From Convolutriloba macropyga (taxonomy: Eukaryota): a DNA stretch of 64,000 nt. Within the stretch, counting starts at the first letter, position 1. Each line of letters begins with the position of its first letter. A program made the position numbers and the translations under genes. Under the pieces are notes generated by a model. It was not told the DNA's origin. It was given only the letters and a program-made list of their open reading frames with translations, and did not search any database. Where the stretch lies: the NCBI RefSeq assembly GCF_964194025.1, contig NC_134470.1, forward strand, positions 16,740,001-16,804,000, in the 5' to 3' direction. Positions 9,310-21,890 of the stretch are shown one piece after another.

Positions 9310-11307
9310 TCAATTTACCGAAATATAAGCAGATGGATTTCTGATATTAACAAATTTTTTACTCGATACGCTTTTAGCTAACATCTGACTCAGCTGCAGT
9401 TTTAAACCTCGCAATTTTTTGGTTGATTTGTGTTCTCCGAGATTTGCATCTTCTTCGTATTCTATGTCTAGGTCTTTAGCTAACCCTTCAATCCACGATT
9501 TTTCTTTGGACACCTTGTGGTTTCGATGTTCTATTTGCTCAATCTCTTGAGCTATTGTTATTCTTGAACTCAATGTTCTAACTAGTTTGGCATCTGCTGT
9601 AATGGTTTCAATGCTATCTTCGTGTTTGTTTAAAGAAGTGACAATTTTGACGAACAGCTTCACTTCGGGTGGTGAGACCAGCATTATGGACGTACCATCT
9701 AAACCACTTCTAGCGGTTCTGCCGCTGCGATGGACATAGGTCTCGTATGTTTTGGGCAAATGGTAATGCAAAACATGGCGCACGTTTTTAATATCTAAAC
9801 CGCGCGCCGCTACGTCAGTACAAAACAATACACTATTCTCGGACTTCGAAAAGGCTTCTAAGTTCTTCAAACGTTGACGTTGTTGCATGTGGGCATGCAA
9901 GCATCTGCAGTTGAACTCTAAAAGCGTGAATAAGGAATGTAAGCGACGAATATGGTCAATAGAATTAGCAAAAACAAGTTTTCGTCCTTCTGGTAACGTT
10001 TGGCAGCAATAGTAAAGGTAGAGATCCTTCTCGTTAGGAGCACAGAGAATCTTTTGTTCGCTCAGTTTCTCAGCAGTCACATCTTTTCTCGTAATATCAA
10101 CTATTTTCAGGGTGTTGCAAAATGAGAGCTTAGCCAGCACTGGTGCAATCGCTGATATTGTTGAATCGGTTGAAGAGTTTTTCGCAGAGGGATGCTGATT
10201 TGCAACAGTCAAAGTGGCGCTAAGCACTAATGTTTGACGTTTCCACTCAACTCTACTTTCACTCTCTGTTTCCTCCTCATTCGCCTTAGATTTCGCATAA
10301 ACAAATTTCAAAATACTCTCAAGGTCTTTAAAGTGTCCCGCTTCGCACAATCGATCAGCTTCGTCTAACACCAAACATCTGATATTGTTCAGGTTATCTA
10401 AATGCTCTATATTTTTGGACTGTAACAGCTGATTGAGTCGCCCTGGTGTAGCAATAATTATTTCAGGGGAGCCCTTCCGCAATATTCTTTCCTGCTTGTG
10501 CACTGCCAGGCCACCCACTATTGTTACGTGAGCAATTTTGGGCGTAATATCAGCAACCAATGCTTTCACGTGTTCCGATACCTGAACTGCTAGCTCTCTG
10601 GTGGGAAGAAGTATTAACACCTTCGGCTCTTTCCAATTGTTTTCTGTTGATTCGCGACATTCGAAAATCCTTTTTAAAGCAGGAATGACATAGGCTAAAG
10701 TCTTGCCGCTACCAGTTTCTGCAGCACCAATGATGTCAAATTTTCCGTCAATTGCTATTGGCAGAACTTTTCGTTGAATTTCAGTTGGTTGCAAAAAATT
10801 CAATCTTAACAAATTTTTTAACAAAGGATCTGGGACACCGCAAATTTGAGTCCAGACCTTGTCCAAATCCTTACCCTCTATAGCTTTTCTCGAGCCATGG
10901 CTATTTATATTTAACCAATTTTCATGTGAAACTGATTTGTTTACCTTCTGTTTTACAGAAATTTTTTTCTTCCTTTTAATAGGCCCTTTTTCATCGATTA
11001 CACTATCAGCAACTGTTTCGTCGATTACAATATCAGTAAGCAAATCGTTTCGCTTAGCTGCAACGTCACATATTTCCAAAGTATTCACTTCATGAATCGC
11101 ACTGTTTTCAGCAATTTTGCTGACATCTTGGCCAGAAGTGTCTAATTTTCTCTTCTTCTTCTTTGGCGGCACCGACTCCGGTGCTTCAGCTGGTTCTGCT
11201 TGTTCGTCACTTTCAACGTACTCTTCAATTCCAAAGCAGAAAACTGCGGACTCATCATCACTAACGCCAAAATTATCATCCAATACAACTTTTTTCCATT
11301 TACCCAT
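9310..11307 (-). CDS. DDX24: ATP-dependent DEAD-box RNA helicase DDX24/MAK5, intronless
   Basis: Q motif PTEIQ, AETGSGKT, PTRELA, TPGRL, DEAD, SAT, TDVAARGLDI, YVHRSGRTAR. DDX24-typical VFANSI, LHAHMQQRQRLKNLEAF and N-terminal GKWKKV...EE. Confidence 0.93.
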   Translation of the reverse strand: MGKWKKVVLDDNFGVSDDESAVFCFGIEEYVESDEQAEPAEAPESVPPKKKKRKLDTSGQDVSKIAENSAIHEVNTLEICDVAAKRNDLLTDIVIDETVADSVIDEKGPIKRKKKISVKQKVNKSVSHENWLNINSHGSRKAIEGKDLDKVWTQICGVPDPLLKNLLRLNFLQPTEIQRKVLPIAIDGKFDIIGAAETGSGKTLAYVIPALKRIFECRESTENNWKEPKVLILLPTRELAVQVSEHVKALVADITPKIAHVTIVGGLAVHKQERILRKGSPEIIIATPGRLNQLLQSKNIEHLDNLNNIRCLVLDEADRLCEAGHFKDLESILKFVYAKSKANEEETESESRVEWKRQTLVLSATLTVANQHPSAKNSSTDSTISAIAPVLAKLSFCNTLKIVDITRKDVTAEKLSEQKILCAPNEKDLYLYYCCQTLPEGRKLVFANSIDHIRRLHSLFTLLEFNCRCLHAHMQQRQRLKNLEAFSKSENSVLFCTDVAARGLDIKNVRHVLHYHLPKTYETYVHRSGRTARSGLDGTSIMLVSPPEVKLFVKIVTSLNKHEDSIETITADAKLVRTLSSRITIAQEIEQIEHRNHKVSKEKSWIEGLAKDLDIEYEEDANLGEHKSTKKLRGLKLQLSQMLAKSVSSKKFVNIRNPSAYISVN

Positions 11308-11396
11308 AATTCTAAAACCAAAACGAATAAGGTTAAAAGATATAACTTAAAAATTGAGCAACAAGGAGTAAAGTAAATTCGCAATAAATTTCAAAA

Positions 11397-11600
11397 TATT
11401 TTCCGTTTGTGTCCCCCAACTCCCATTCATTATGCAAAAATATGGCACGTGCGTCTGGGGGTGCAAATAATATGCACCCACCAGGCTCAGGGGCGCACAA
11501 ACGGAGATTTTACATGATGTTTTATTATGCAACAACGGTCACTGTAACCAAGGGTTGCATAACTTACTGGGGGTGGGGGTGCACAAACGGATAATATGCC
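11397..11600. mobile_element. Decayed MITE copies just upstream of DDX24
   Basis: ttttccgtttgtgtcccc ... ggggcgcacaaacgga, with internal aaaatatggcacgtgcgtctggggggtgcaaataatatgc as in the 5556 copy; a second right end at ~11590. Confidence 0.65.
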
Positions 11601-14279
11601 ACAACAAGGCGGCTCGGTAATGTGCAATGGCACATAAGGTTCCGACCCCGCCCATCCACAATTTTGGCATAATTGTCTACCAAATGAGGAACAAATAGAA
11701 AAACCCAAAAATTATTTTTTGCGAATCCCAAAAAAGCCCAAGTCTTTTTCAAAAAATTCTGTATGAACGATAAGATAACCTCCAAAACAAATAACTCAGT
11801 GGAGTAAAAATTGATGCATTAGATTGCTGTAATATGTCAATATTAAGAAAGCGAGTCAAAACGAACAGCAAAATCAAACAACAACAACAACAACAAACAT
11901 TAATTACATCAAAAAATTTATGTCCCTCTTAAAAACTAAATTTAATAACAAAGTCAACATACCGTCAGATAAACCTGAAACTAAACAAAAATAACTTATA
12001 AATCACCAGAAAACATATGCGACCAGTCCATAAAAAGGTTTGGTAACAATTATACAAAAAAGAACAAAAACAGTAAAGTAAAAAAAAATTAACTTATTTT
12101 TTTGAAACAATTAACTTCAAAGTAATAAATACCATTAGGAATAAATTAATATTACCACAAATTTGCGATTACCACTGCTTCTATAGAAGGGCATTAAGAC
12201 CTGACCTTATTCATTTTTTAGAGCGGCTAAAAAGAACAACAAAGAACAAACAAAATTTCAATTGAAACTTGCCAGAAAACGCTGTCAAAACCGTCAAGCC
12301 AATTTTTGGCACTCAAAATATATTTGATTGCGCCTTCTTCAAACATCTATAATGTAGTACGTGGCCATTCATTAGTAAGACTAGGTAACAAGTAGACAAA
12401 AAAGCGAAGTGCTAAAGTATGTAATACTTTAATTTTTTTTCGAAACAAAATTACATTCAATGTCATGAAAGGCATTAATTACAAAAAGAGCTATTTAAAT
12501 ATCGTCGTTTATTCATGAAAAGGAAACCCTCGAGACCTGTAATTATCCAGAATATTTCTTGCATCTACAAAAAGAACGTCAAATATGACAAAAATCAAAT
12601 TAATTTACTTTTTTTTTTGTGAAAAAGCGGTGTCGAAGCCAGTAAGGTCATAACAAAATCTTTAAAAAGATTTTGGGACACCAATCCCTTTTATTCCCTT
12701 GACACCCATAATGTCATATTTGACCTGTAATCAACTAACGAGATTAGGTAACAAAAAGAAACATAAAAAGAACAAAATTGCGAAGTTAAAAAAGTTTTTT
12801 TTTTAATTTTGGAAAACGATGGGTTTGAAAGTCATAAAGCCATCAGCTATCTGCTAATATCAGAATATCGGTTTTTCTATTCTTCCATGAAAAGCCAATG
12901 AAAGCTATCACTATACAGGAAATTTCATACGACCGAAACAACAAAGTATAAATGACAGTTAAGACAAAATTAAAAAATTCAATTGATTTCTTCAAGAAAG
13001 AGGCGTCGAGGCCATTAAAACGATGATTTATATCTTTCAGGATTTTAATATGTTCAATTGTGCTTTAATTTGAATGCTAATAAGGTGACATGAGAACTGT
13101 CAATAATGTGATAATGTGACAAAATTAGAAAACGTGAAAAACTGGCAAATATCAAAACAAACAAAAATCTAAAATCTTGTAGTATCAAAGCCAGAAAACA
13201 ATAATTTCAGGCTTAAAACTGCAACCGAGAATAATGTTAACTCAGTAGAAAGAAGAAGCAGTCCTTTTTTGCTGACACTAAGCTGGAAGTTGAACAAATT
13301 AAGAAAAAAATAGAGGAAAAGTTAATTAAGCCATTATTTATTGAAAAGTCAATTATTTTTAAAAAAGAAACAACCATAAACTTTCAACTAAAAAACTAAA
13401 TGCATTAGCCTGGAGCTGTTTAGCAAGCGATTTGATTGGACCTATCACTCCTGAGCTTTGATTTCATGTGTTCTGTTCTTTATTATTAAAAAAGTCTTTT
13501 TTTTTAAAAAAGACCGACTGATTAAAACCCGATTTTTCTTGGATTGTAACAGTCCTAGAATGGCCAAAAACAAGCCCTAATAATACTTATTGTCCCTTAG
13601 GAATAACTGCTTTTTCGAATGTTGTAGATATAGATAATTTGTTAGTTGAAAACTCAAAATAAATTCTGCATTTTTGATAATCAACAAGTAAAGTTGGCAA
13701 AAAACGGCAAGGTTTTAACTACAGTGCGCTCTCAGCGGACTCTGAAGTAGAAATAGCCCCCCTCTGAGTCTACAAAGATTTTTTGAGTGTTGTTTGGGGG
13801 TGTACTGTAGGCAAATTTAATCAAAGTGGACTAAAGTAGCTTATTTCGTGCTGTTGTTGATGAAAAATGCTAAATTTTGAAATGTTTATCCAGATTTTTT
13901 GACCAAAAAATTAAATCAAAACAATCAACAATGCTTGTTCGTCTTCAAAAACAAAATCAACGACACTATTCTTAAAAATTATAACAAATTTTAGCAAAAT
14001 TGACGAAAATTTAGGCAAAAATTCCGGAAAATATGAATAAAAACAACGTGAATTCACTCTTCTTTTCTCAGAAGTTTAAGCCTCGATAACTCCCTGTAGA
14101 AAACGAAAATTAAGAAAATCTTTTTAATTCCATATTCTACGCTGGACGAGCTTTCTAATGATACCAGTCTCAACTCTCTACGATGAATATATCGAGCGGC
14201 GAAAATTCACGGAACAAAAAAAAAACCCAGTTGAGTATATAGTTCCTCCCCACTCAAGAGGGTCGGAACAATTAAGTGT

Positions 14280-14398
14280 CATATATATAGTTTATTGTTG
14301 AGCCCCTCCTTACGGGCGAGGATTTCAGCCGTCTCGTCTGTTGTAGGGGAAGTTCTGGTTCAGTATCGTTAGCAACTTCAGTTGAAGCAACATCAGTT
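14280..14398 (-). mobile_element. Short 5'-truncated retroposed insert
   Basis: 14-bp direct repeat gaacaattaagtgt at 14266-14279 and 14399-14412; minus strand ends aataaactatatatatg. Confidence 0.6.
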
Positions 14399-15969
14399 GA
14401 ACAATTAAGTGTTAACGAATGCTTATTGTTTGCACAGACGGCTAATCAGTTGAAATTTAAGTAATTTAAGATACCGGCAGCCTGTACTATACGAAGAGAA
14501 AACCCAAAAAAATACAGTTTCTCATTAGCCGTCACCGCGCTGAAGAGAAACCGGATAAGAAACAAAGTAAAACCAGTCTTTTGGACGGCATGTAGATGCA
14601 ACAGTTAACGCAATTAATCGCTAAAAAGAAAATACTGGAATGACCGATCGATTTAATACCATAACAATAAAATGTCAAAACGGGAATCACAGGAAGTTGA
14701 TCATTCGCTTTAGTGATATTGGCCGTCCGTTCAGAGGACGTTCTAAATTCTTGATTTTCAAACGATTTCAAGTCAAGTTCATGAAGTAAAGAGTTCGTTT
14801 TCTGCGTTATTGAGAAAAAAACAGAGGGCTGAGATTTACTTCGCTCGTCTAGTTGTTAAGCTTAAAAATTGCCTGTTCTTCGGAATCCAAGATTTCTCAG
14901 CCTCACAAGCAGGTATAAATTCGATTTCGCAGATTTCAATGCGTTGTTAACACGCGCTTCGAATAAAGTTTTACATCGAAAATTATGCCCAAAATTTTCA
15001 TTTCCTTCACTGGCTGTACACAAGAGATCGACCTTAGACACGCACGATCAGAGGTATTTCTAGAGAAGGATATGACGATTTCCTTTGACTTTCCTTTGTT
15101 AAGCTTCAGGTTTTTACTCAAAAAATCAGAATGGAGCTCTGTGAGGATTGGCTCTACCATATCTCCATCCGAGAACGACCCTGGGATAACAGATTGGTTG
15201 TCATCCACAAAAGTAGTAAGTCTTGACGATGGGCATGAGTGAGACATCATTGACAGTTTCGTTAAAGGAAGTGGGACCACCCACTTTGCCCTGCGGAACA
15301 CCTTGATCTGTTTGCAAAATATCGGAACAGGCGTTGTTTATGGAGTTGAAGTTTATCCTTCCAGAGAGCAAGTCCGCTGCCCAATTGTGCAACGACGGCT
15401 GTAATGTTTCAAGCCCAAAGATGATCGCCGAATGTGTTACGGTGTTAAATGCTTTTGACATGTCCAATGCTACCAGTCCTACATTATCGTGCTTCAGGTG
15501 CAAGGTTTTACGCATCATTAGCAATTTTGAAACAGGCCGACGATGTGGATCCGTTTCTTATGAATCTGAAGTGTGTTTTAGAAACGCTATTAAGGTAACT
15601 CGGGGCTATAAATCGGCGGTGTATAGATCGCTCGGCACTTCTGGGCACAATATTTGTGAGTGAGACGGGGCGAAAGTCCTTTTCCTGCGTTGGAGCAGAA
15701 AGTTTCGGTACCGGCACAATATTGGCTAGTTTCCAATAGGTTGGAAAGATGGCAGATTACAGCGAGAGATTCAGAATATGGGCAAATGGTTGGCAGATAT
15801 ACTCTGCATTCTCTCTAAAAATCCAGTACCATAATCCATCTGGCCCGGCTGCAGTTTTTTTGAGCGCTGCCAGCTCTTTGAAAGCTTTCTAGTAGTGCAT
15901 CTCACCGAGTTATTTCAGTCACTATTGCATTTGTGGTATTCATGGTGCTACTGGAGGTGTGTACAGGTA

Positions 15970-18137
15970 TTATTATTATTATAGGTTTACGCACCATTTA
16001 CAAACTCAAAAGTGCATTCAAAATCAAATATTAAATAAAAAAAGTTTTCAGTTTTCTGCGATAATCAAATTCATGGGATATTAGTTTCATCTCAAAAGGC
16101 AACTTATTCCATTCGAAAGGAACAGCAAAACTGAACGATCTTCGCCCAAATGCAGTTGTGACAATAAGAACCTTCCAATTGTATGCATATTGGCATCTAC
16201 ATATATACATCGGAATTTTCCACGGATGGTGAACTAAACGGTGACCAAAAAGTAGAATTTTGTAGAGGATACGTTGTTTCATCGGTAGCCAATGAAACTC
16301 TTTGATAGTTTGCTCTTGGTGAACCAGGTGATAGCCTAAAAATGAGACGACATGCTGATTTCATTATACGCTGTAATTTCTGTATAAAATACACCGGTTG
16401 TCCATAGTACAGTGAGTTGCAGTAATCTAATTATTACCCGAACTAACTCGATCAACGACTTTCTGCCGACGGTATCTCTGATCGAATAAATTTTTCGCAG
16501 CAAATAACATCTACGGCACACAGAACTAACTTGCTTTGTATATGAAAGTCTGGAATCTAAGTTGAAGTCCTACAGGGTAACATTGTTACAAAAATTGGCA
16601 TCTGTTGGAACTTCAATACCGCCATTTAAACTATTCTTTCTACTAATAAAAATGTATTCAGTTTTATTCGTTTAACAGGAGCTTAGCACCACTTTTGCAG
16701 AGTAGTAAGTATCCAATCCAAAGCCCCCTGTTTTATCGAGGCGTGGTAAACAAAATTGATAACAGTGTCATCGGCATAAAAAAGATAATTGACATCAAGA
16801 CGTTCAAACAGATCTTCCAGAGGGACAAGATAGCTTGAAAAAAGAACGGGACCTAGAACAGATCCTTGAGGAACACCCGTTTTTATAGTTCTTGGCATCG
16901 AATACTCGCCATCAATCAACACTTTTAGAGATCTACTACTCAGATAACTATTTAAAAAGCTAAGCACTTTATCTTTGAAACCCAAACTTGTTTTAAGAAT
17001 TGAAAGAAGTAATTCATGATCGAGAGTGTCAAAAGCAGCTGATAGATAGGGTCCAATATGAAAAATGCTCTTTGTCCTATCTAAATTGAGGAGCAAATCA
17101 TTTGTCACCTTATTCAGCGCTGTTTCTGTAGAAAACTTCCTGTAGGCACTTTGGTATTTGCTAAAGAGACTATTCTTTTCGAGGTGTTCACGCATTTGCA
17201 TGAAAGCCGCCCGTTCTAATAGTTTTGAAATGTAAATTAGGTTTGAGATAGGTCGATAATTTGAAAAATCTTCATTGTCAGAATTTGCTTTCTTCAAGTG
17301 GGGCTTAACAATGGCCCTTTTAAAGGACTGGGGGAAACATCCCGCCTTCAGTGAAAGACTAAGAAGTTTCAGGAGGTCGAGAAAATAATCTGGAAATGAT
17401 TTTACAAGATGTGTTGGAATGATGTCCAGTGGAGATGTACTGTTTGACGACGCCGAAATCAAATCTCTAAACTGACTTATCGAGAACTCCGTGAACGAAT
17501 TCATTTAGTTAACTTCAGTTTTCTGAATTTCAGGACCCATCGCAGTGGGAATCGATGCAATAATACTTTCCACTTTAGATATAAAGAACTCGTTGAAGTC
17601 GTTTGCAAGCTGTTTTTTGTTTTCATATTTCGGGAGCTGTTCTACATCTTGACCAAGAAGCAACTTAAGGGTGACAAGCTTTTTACGGCTACAATTTTCC
17701 ATCAACGCAATCTCAATGTATAATCTACGCTTCTCTAAGAATTTTTCAAAATACATATGGGTAATATTTTCATATTCAGATTTCAGTACAGATGTTTTCG
17801 ACTTTGTATTTACGCTCTGCTTTTTCTTTTCTTTCGTTTCAATCTCAAAAGCTCGTCGTCAAAGAATGGGCATTGAAGTATAGTAAATGTTTTTATTTTG
17901 AGTGGTAGAACGGAATCCAAAATATTCTCTTCAAACCTTAGATACATATCCCATGCTTCATCAATACTTGAGGCAACATCAAACTTTAAGCACAACTTCA
18001 ATAACTTAATAAAACCTTCAGAGTCAAACTTCTTCCAATTTCAATACATCAAACATTGTTGAGATTTGCGTTGTTTCACACTGCTGAGCGAGAAACAAAT
18101 AAACGAATGGTCCGAAGAAGTAATGAAGCTATTCGAT
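15970..18137 (-). mobile_element. 5'-truncated L2/CR1-group LINE nested in the LINE above
   Basis: RT NYRPISNL, LSAAFDT, GVPQGSVLGP, YADD; (TAA)n tail at 15970-15982; 8-bp TSD TACAGGTA at 15962-15969 and 18138-18145. Confidence 0.85.
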
Positions 18138-19023
18138 TACAGGTAAATTCATGGTTATTCGTGACAGGTAAATCACGATCAATATACTGTTGCTTTACTG
18201 AGGTGAATTCTGAGCGGCTGACTCGATTGTAATATTCATTCAGCTGATTTGCCGAGAACTTTATTTCGAGTTGCTCGTTTCTTTTCCTTCTAGTTAGGGT
18301 ATTAACGTGATTCAACCATCCTTTTGCTCCTCTTTTGTGGCATCCTCGCGAGTTCTCAAGAATCCTTAACCAAATCTATTCAGCAATATTTCTTGATTGC
18401 GCCGCTCGACCATTCGCATCAAATCAATTCTTTCTCTACTGCATGAGTTTAATTACTGGGGTCATGTACGGCAGGTCTTTATTAGTCAATGTAACAGTTC
18501 GCTGCGGGCAGCATTGCATGAATAGATCAAACAGGCATGTGAAAAATGCTTCCGTGCAGAAATTCACGTCATTGGAGCAATATTTTCTCGAAAGATCTAG
18601 GTCCTTGGTACATTGAGAGAAGAGTCGCCGGTATTTGAACCTTCGGTCTCGGCATGTGACCTTCTTTTTGATCTCTGGCTTTCGCTTTGAGGTGGCAAAA
18701 CGACACCTTGATTATCGGTATTTATGGTTGGCTGAAATATTAGATACTCTGTAAAGACGTCAGCGTCCGAAACGAGTTTTATCCAAGCTTCTACTCTTCC
18801 TTGTTGGAGAATGAGTTGCCACTGTAAACGCAGAGCCTTCTGTTATTGCAGAAAGATCAAAATGGTTGACACAACCCGAAACGAACTTTCGGAAATTCAA
18901 GCGTCAGATCATCTATACAGCTGGTAATACGACCACTCAGCTCTTCTGAGCGGAGATATTGAGGAGGCACATAAACCACAAAAAGTATCATTTGAAGTGA
19001 AGGCAGTAAACCCAAAGGATTTT

Positions 19024-19753
19024 GGGATCTATTCTGCCCCCCCCCCCCCCCCCCCCAGCTTAGTGAGCATAAATTTTTAATGACCCCCAGGCGCACGTGC
19101 TATTATTTCCGGGTCTTTTCCATTATAGCCCCCCCCCCAGCTTAGTGGTCAGATAACCTATAGCCCCCCCCCCCCCCCCAATCATGGTAAATATACCATA
19201 ATGGGGGGGGGGCTATAATGGGAAAGACCCCTATTTTCTTACATGGTAACCTGCTATATAACAACACATAATTTGTAATTGGGGGTCATAAAAACACAGG
19301 GGGGGCCGAAACAGGGCTTTTTTCTGTTATTGCCCCCCCCCCCCACGTCCGTTTGCACCCCCCACTTATACATGTTATAGCATATTGGTTTCATTTCATA
19401 CACTAACATATACAATTATATACAAACGGCATTTTCAATTCAATTGTGCAGCCAAGTTTTGAAATTAAGACGTATACGGTAATCAAATTTTGCTTATAAT
19501 GCAAGCAGACAAAGAATAATCGTGTTTTTAATATTTTTTGCCTTTCTTTTGCAGGAATAGCTCTATGGTACTAATTTTTTTGACAACCGGAAACAAAAAT
19601 TCATCCATTCGTCTACCGGTACCGGCAATTTATTATGAATAAAATAAAGGATCTCTAAGGCCCAAAAAGGACATATTTGGGGGGTGCAAATAGACTGGCT
19701 ATATAAGGCTGGGGGGGCAATAACAGAAAAGAGCCCGAAACAGAATAGATCCG
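19024..19753. mobile_element. Nest of three GGG-ended MITEs
   Basis: Outer copy 19024-19753 (TSD GATTTT), inner 19110-19231 (TATTTC/TATTTT), inner 19314-19736 (TSD GAAACA). Confidence 0.85.
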
Positions 19754-20520
19754 GATTTTGAAAAACTCTTGTCCGAATGTTTTTAGCACTCTGAACTGTA
19801 TATCTTCATTTATGTACATATACCCCTCCACCTCCTGTCTTCGTGGAACTAAACCTCGTTCTGTCATGTCTTACAAGGATATATCCTGGTAAAATGAGGT
19901 CAATTAAGAGAAAGCCCCTCACCTAAAAGGGTAGTCGAATTCCTTCCTTCCTGGTAAAATAAAATTTTTGTCTGGAATTCCTTCCTTGAGCCATGTTTCC
20001 GCGACACAACAGATTTTCACATCACTTCATAAGCGATCTGTGTGCAACTCGACAACTGCATTGGGTTTCTTTAATGATCGGACATTGAGAAGTAGAAAAG
20101 TGCAGCAATCTAGTCATAACGATACTTCCTTGTTATCCATGAAAAGCTTCATCCCTCGGAGCTTGATTCTATGCTTTTCCACTCCGTCGCTGTTCAATAA
20201 CTCACACCGTTTCCTCGGGATGGCCTTTTCGACGAGGAACTCTTCCTTTGTGAGTTCTTTGGAAACAATATTGCTACCAGCTTCTTCGTTGATTTTTTTG
20301 AGCATGTGTGTGTGTTTGACAGTCTTCTAATTTCCCAGGAGTTTCAGAATTTCACAATCACTGCTCGGTGCTGTCTTTGGTCTCTTCTGTACTTGCCTGC
20401 GCGGAATACATCAGCAATTGCTGATGATGCCTTTGAGTTCATCTTATCAAGGATTGCCTCAATGTTCGTTCTTTCTCGGCAAAAGTTTCCAGCGAATTTT
20501 TCTGAGTTAGCGGTTGTATT

Positions 20521-21890
20521 GAGAGAGAGAGAGAGTTTAGGCTTCTGTGGGTCTTTCCACGTGGGTTTGCACCCTTCATATAACGACTGAGCTGAGCTTC
20601 TGCACCGGGTTACAATGTCCACAGCTGCAGTTGAAAGCCCAGGAACATAAGTTGACTTCCGAATAACTTTTGAAGAAGTAGTTCCAGTATATTTTTGTTA
20701 AATATTTCTTATCAATTTGATCGAGATCGACGTTCCCTACTTTTCGTATTATATTTAGTAAATAACTGGTTCTTTTCCAGAAGTTTTCATCAGCCTTCCT
20801 TGTTCTTGTTTTATTAATTGTTATTAGCTCGTTTTGACGTGTGCTTAACAACCCTTCATTATTGTTTATTTTAATGGGTAATTTTATATTGTAAGATCCT
20901 TTAAGCAGTGAGATGAGCATTAATAGATCATGCAATTCGAAGTAATATGACAAAGGCAGCAACTTCAGTGTGGTCAGTCTTTGCTTGTAACTAATTTCCC
21001 AGTTACTGATTATCCACGACGTTGCTTTTCTTTGAATGCGCTCGATGTCTTTGCTTTCGGTCTTATTCGCGAACCATGCTTGTGAGGCATAACTTATGAC
21101 TGGTATAACGTAGCCGACATATGCATTGAGTTTTGTTGTTTGTGATGCAAGGTTTGATATGTTTCGTTTTAGGAAATAAAACGCTTTCCAGGCTTTGCTA
21201 CAACGTTTCTTTATATTCGCTTTCCATGATAACTTAGTAGCCATAATTATACCTAGATCTTTTTGCTCGCTTTTATTTGAGAGAGTTTTAGAGTTAAGTA
21301 TGAAGGAGTGCCAGTTTTTTTCGTTTACTTTAATCGGCAGGATGTGACATTTGCTTTCATTGAGTTGCATTTTGTTGTTATGGCACCATTTTTCGTTTTT
21401 TTTCCAGGTCACTTTGTATATTTGCTGGATTTGTTGATACAAGCTTGAAATCATCTGCGTATCCAAACGCAGAGCATTTTGATGTTTGTTGTGGAAGATC
21501 GTTTATATATATTATGAAAAGTAGGGGACCTAGGAGAGATCCTTGGGGGACACCACTGGTTACTGGTACAGTTTCAGATTTCGAGTCATTTACTTTCACG
21601 TATTGTTTTCTATTTGATAGGTAACTGGCTACAATCTTTAAGAAATTTCCCCCTACACCCAGGTTCTCCACTTTGTTAATCAGAAGATCATGAGGAACTG
21701 TATCGAACGCTTTTTTGAAGTCAAGGTAAAGTACAAATATTTCGTTGTCTTTTTCGTCGAATTCATTATACAACAGGTCTAGGAAAAGCAACATCTGGGT
21801 TACTACTGATCTATGCCTTCTAGATCCGTGTTGTGATTCTTCTAGCTTTGTCTTGACAATTTCATATAGTTCGTCGAAAATTAGTTGACA
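20521..21890 (-). mobile_element. Relatively young 5'-truncated CR1-group LINE (RT 3' half) inserted in ORF1 of the host LINE
   Basis: [42 protein letters not shown]-terminal CSCGHC; one frameshift near 21390; (CT)n tail at 20521-20535. Confidence 0.85.

Noticed and set aside
20576-21794. Host RT gene from the 296-aa and 138-aa ORFs
   Set aside because: Frameshifted, 5'-truncated LINE with a microsatellite tail.
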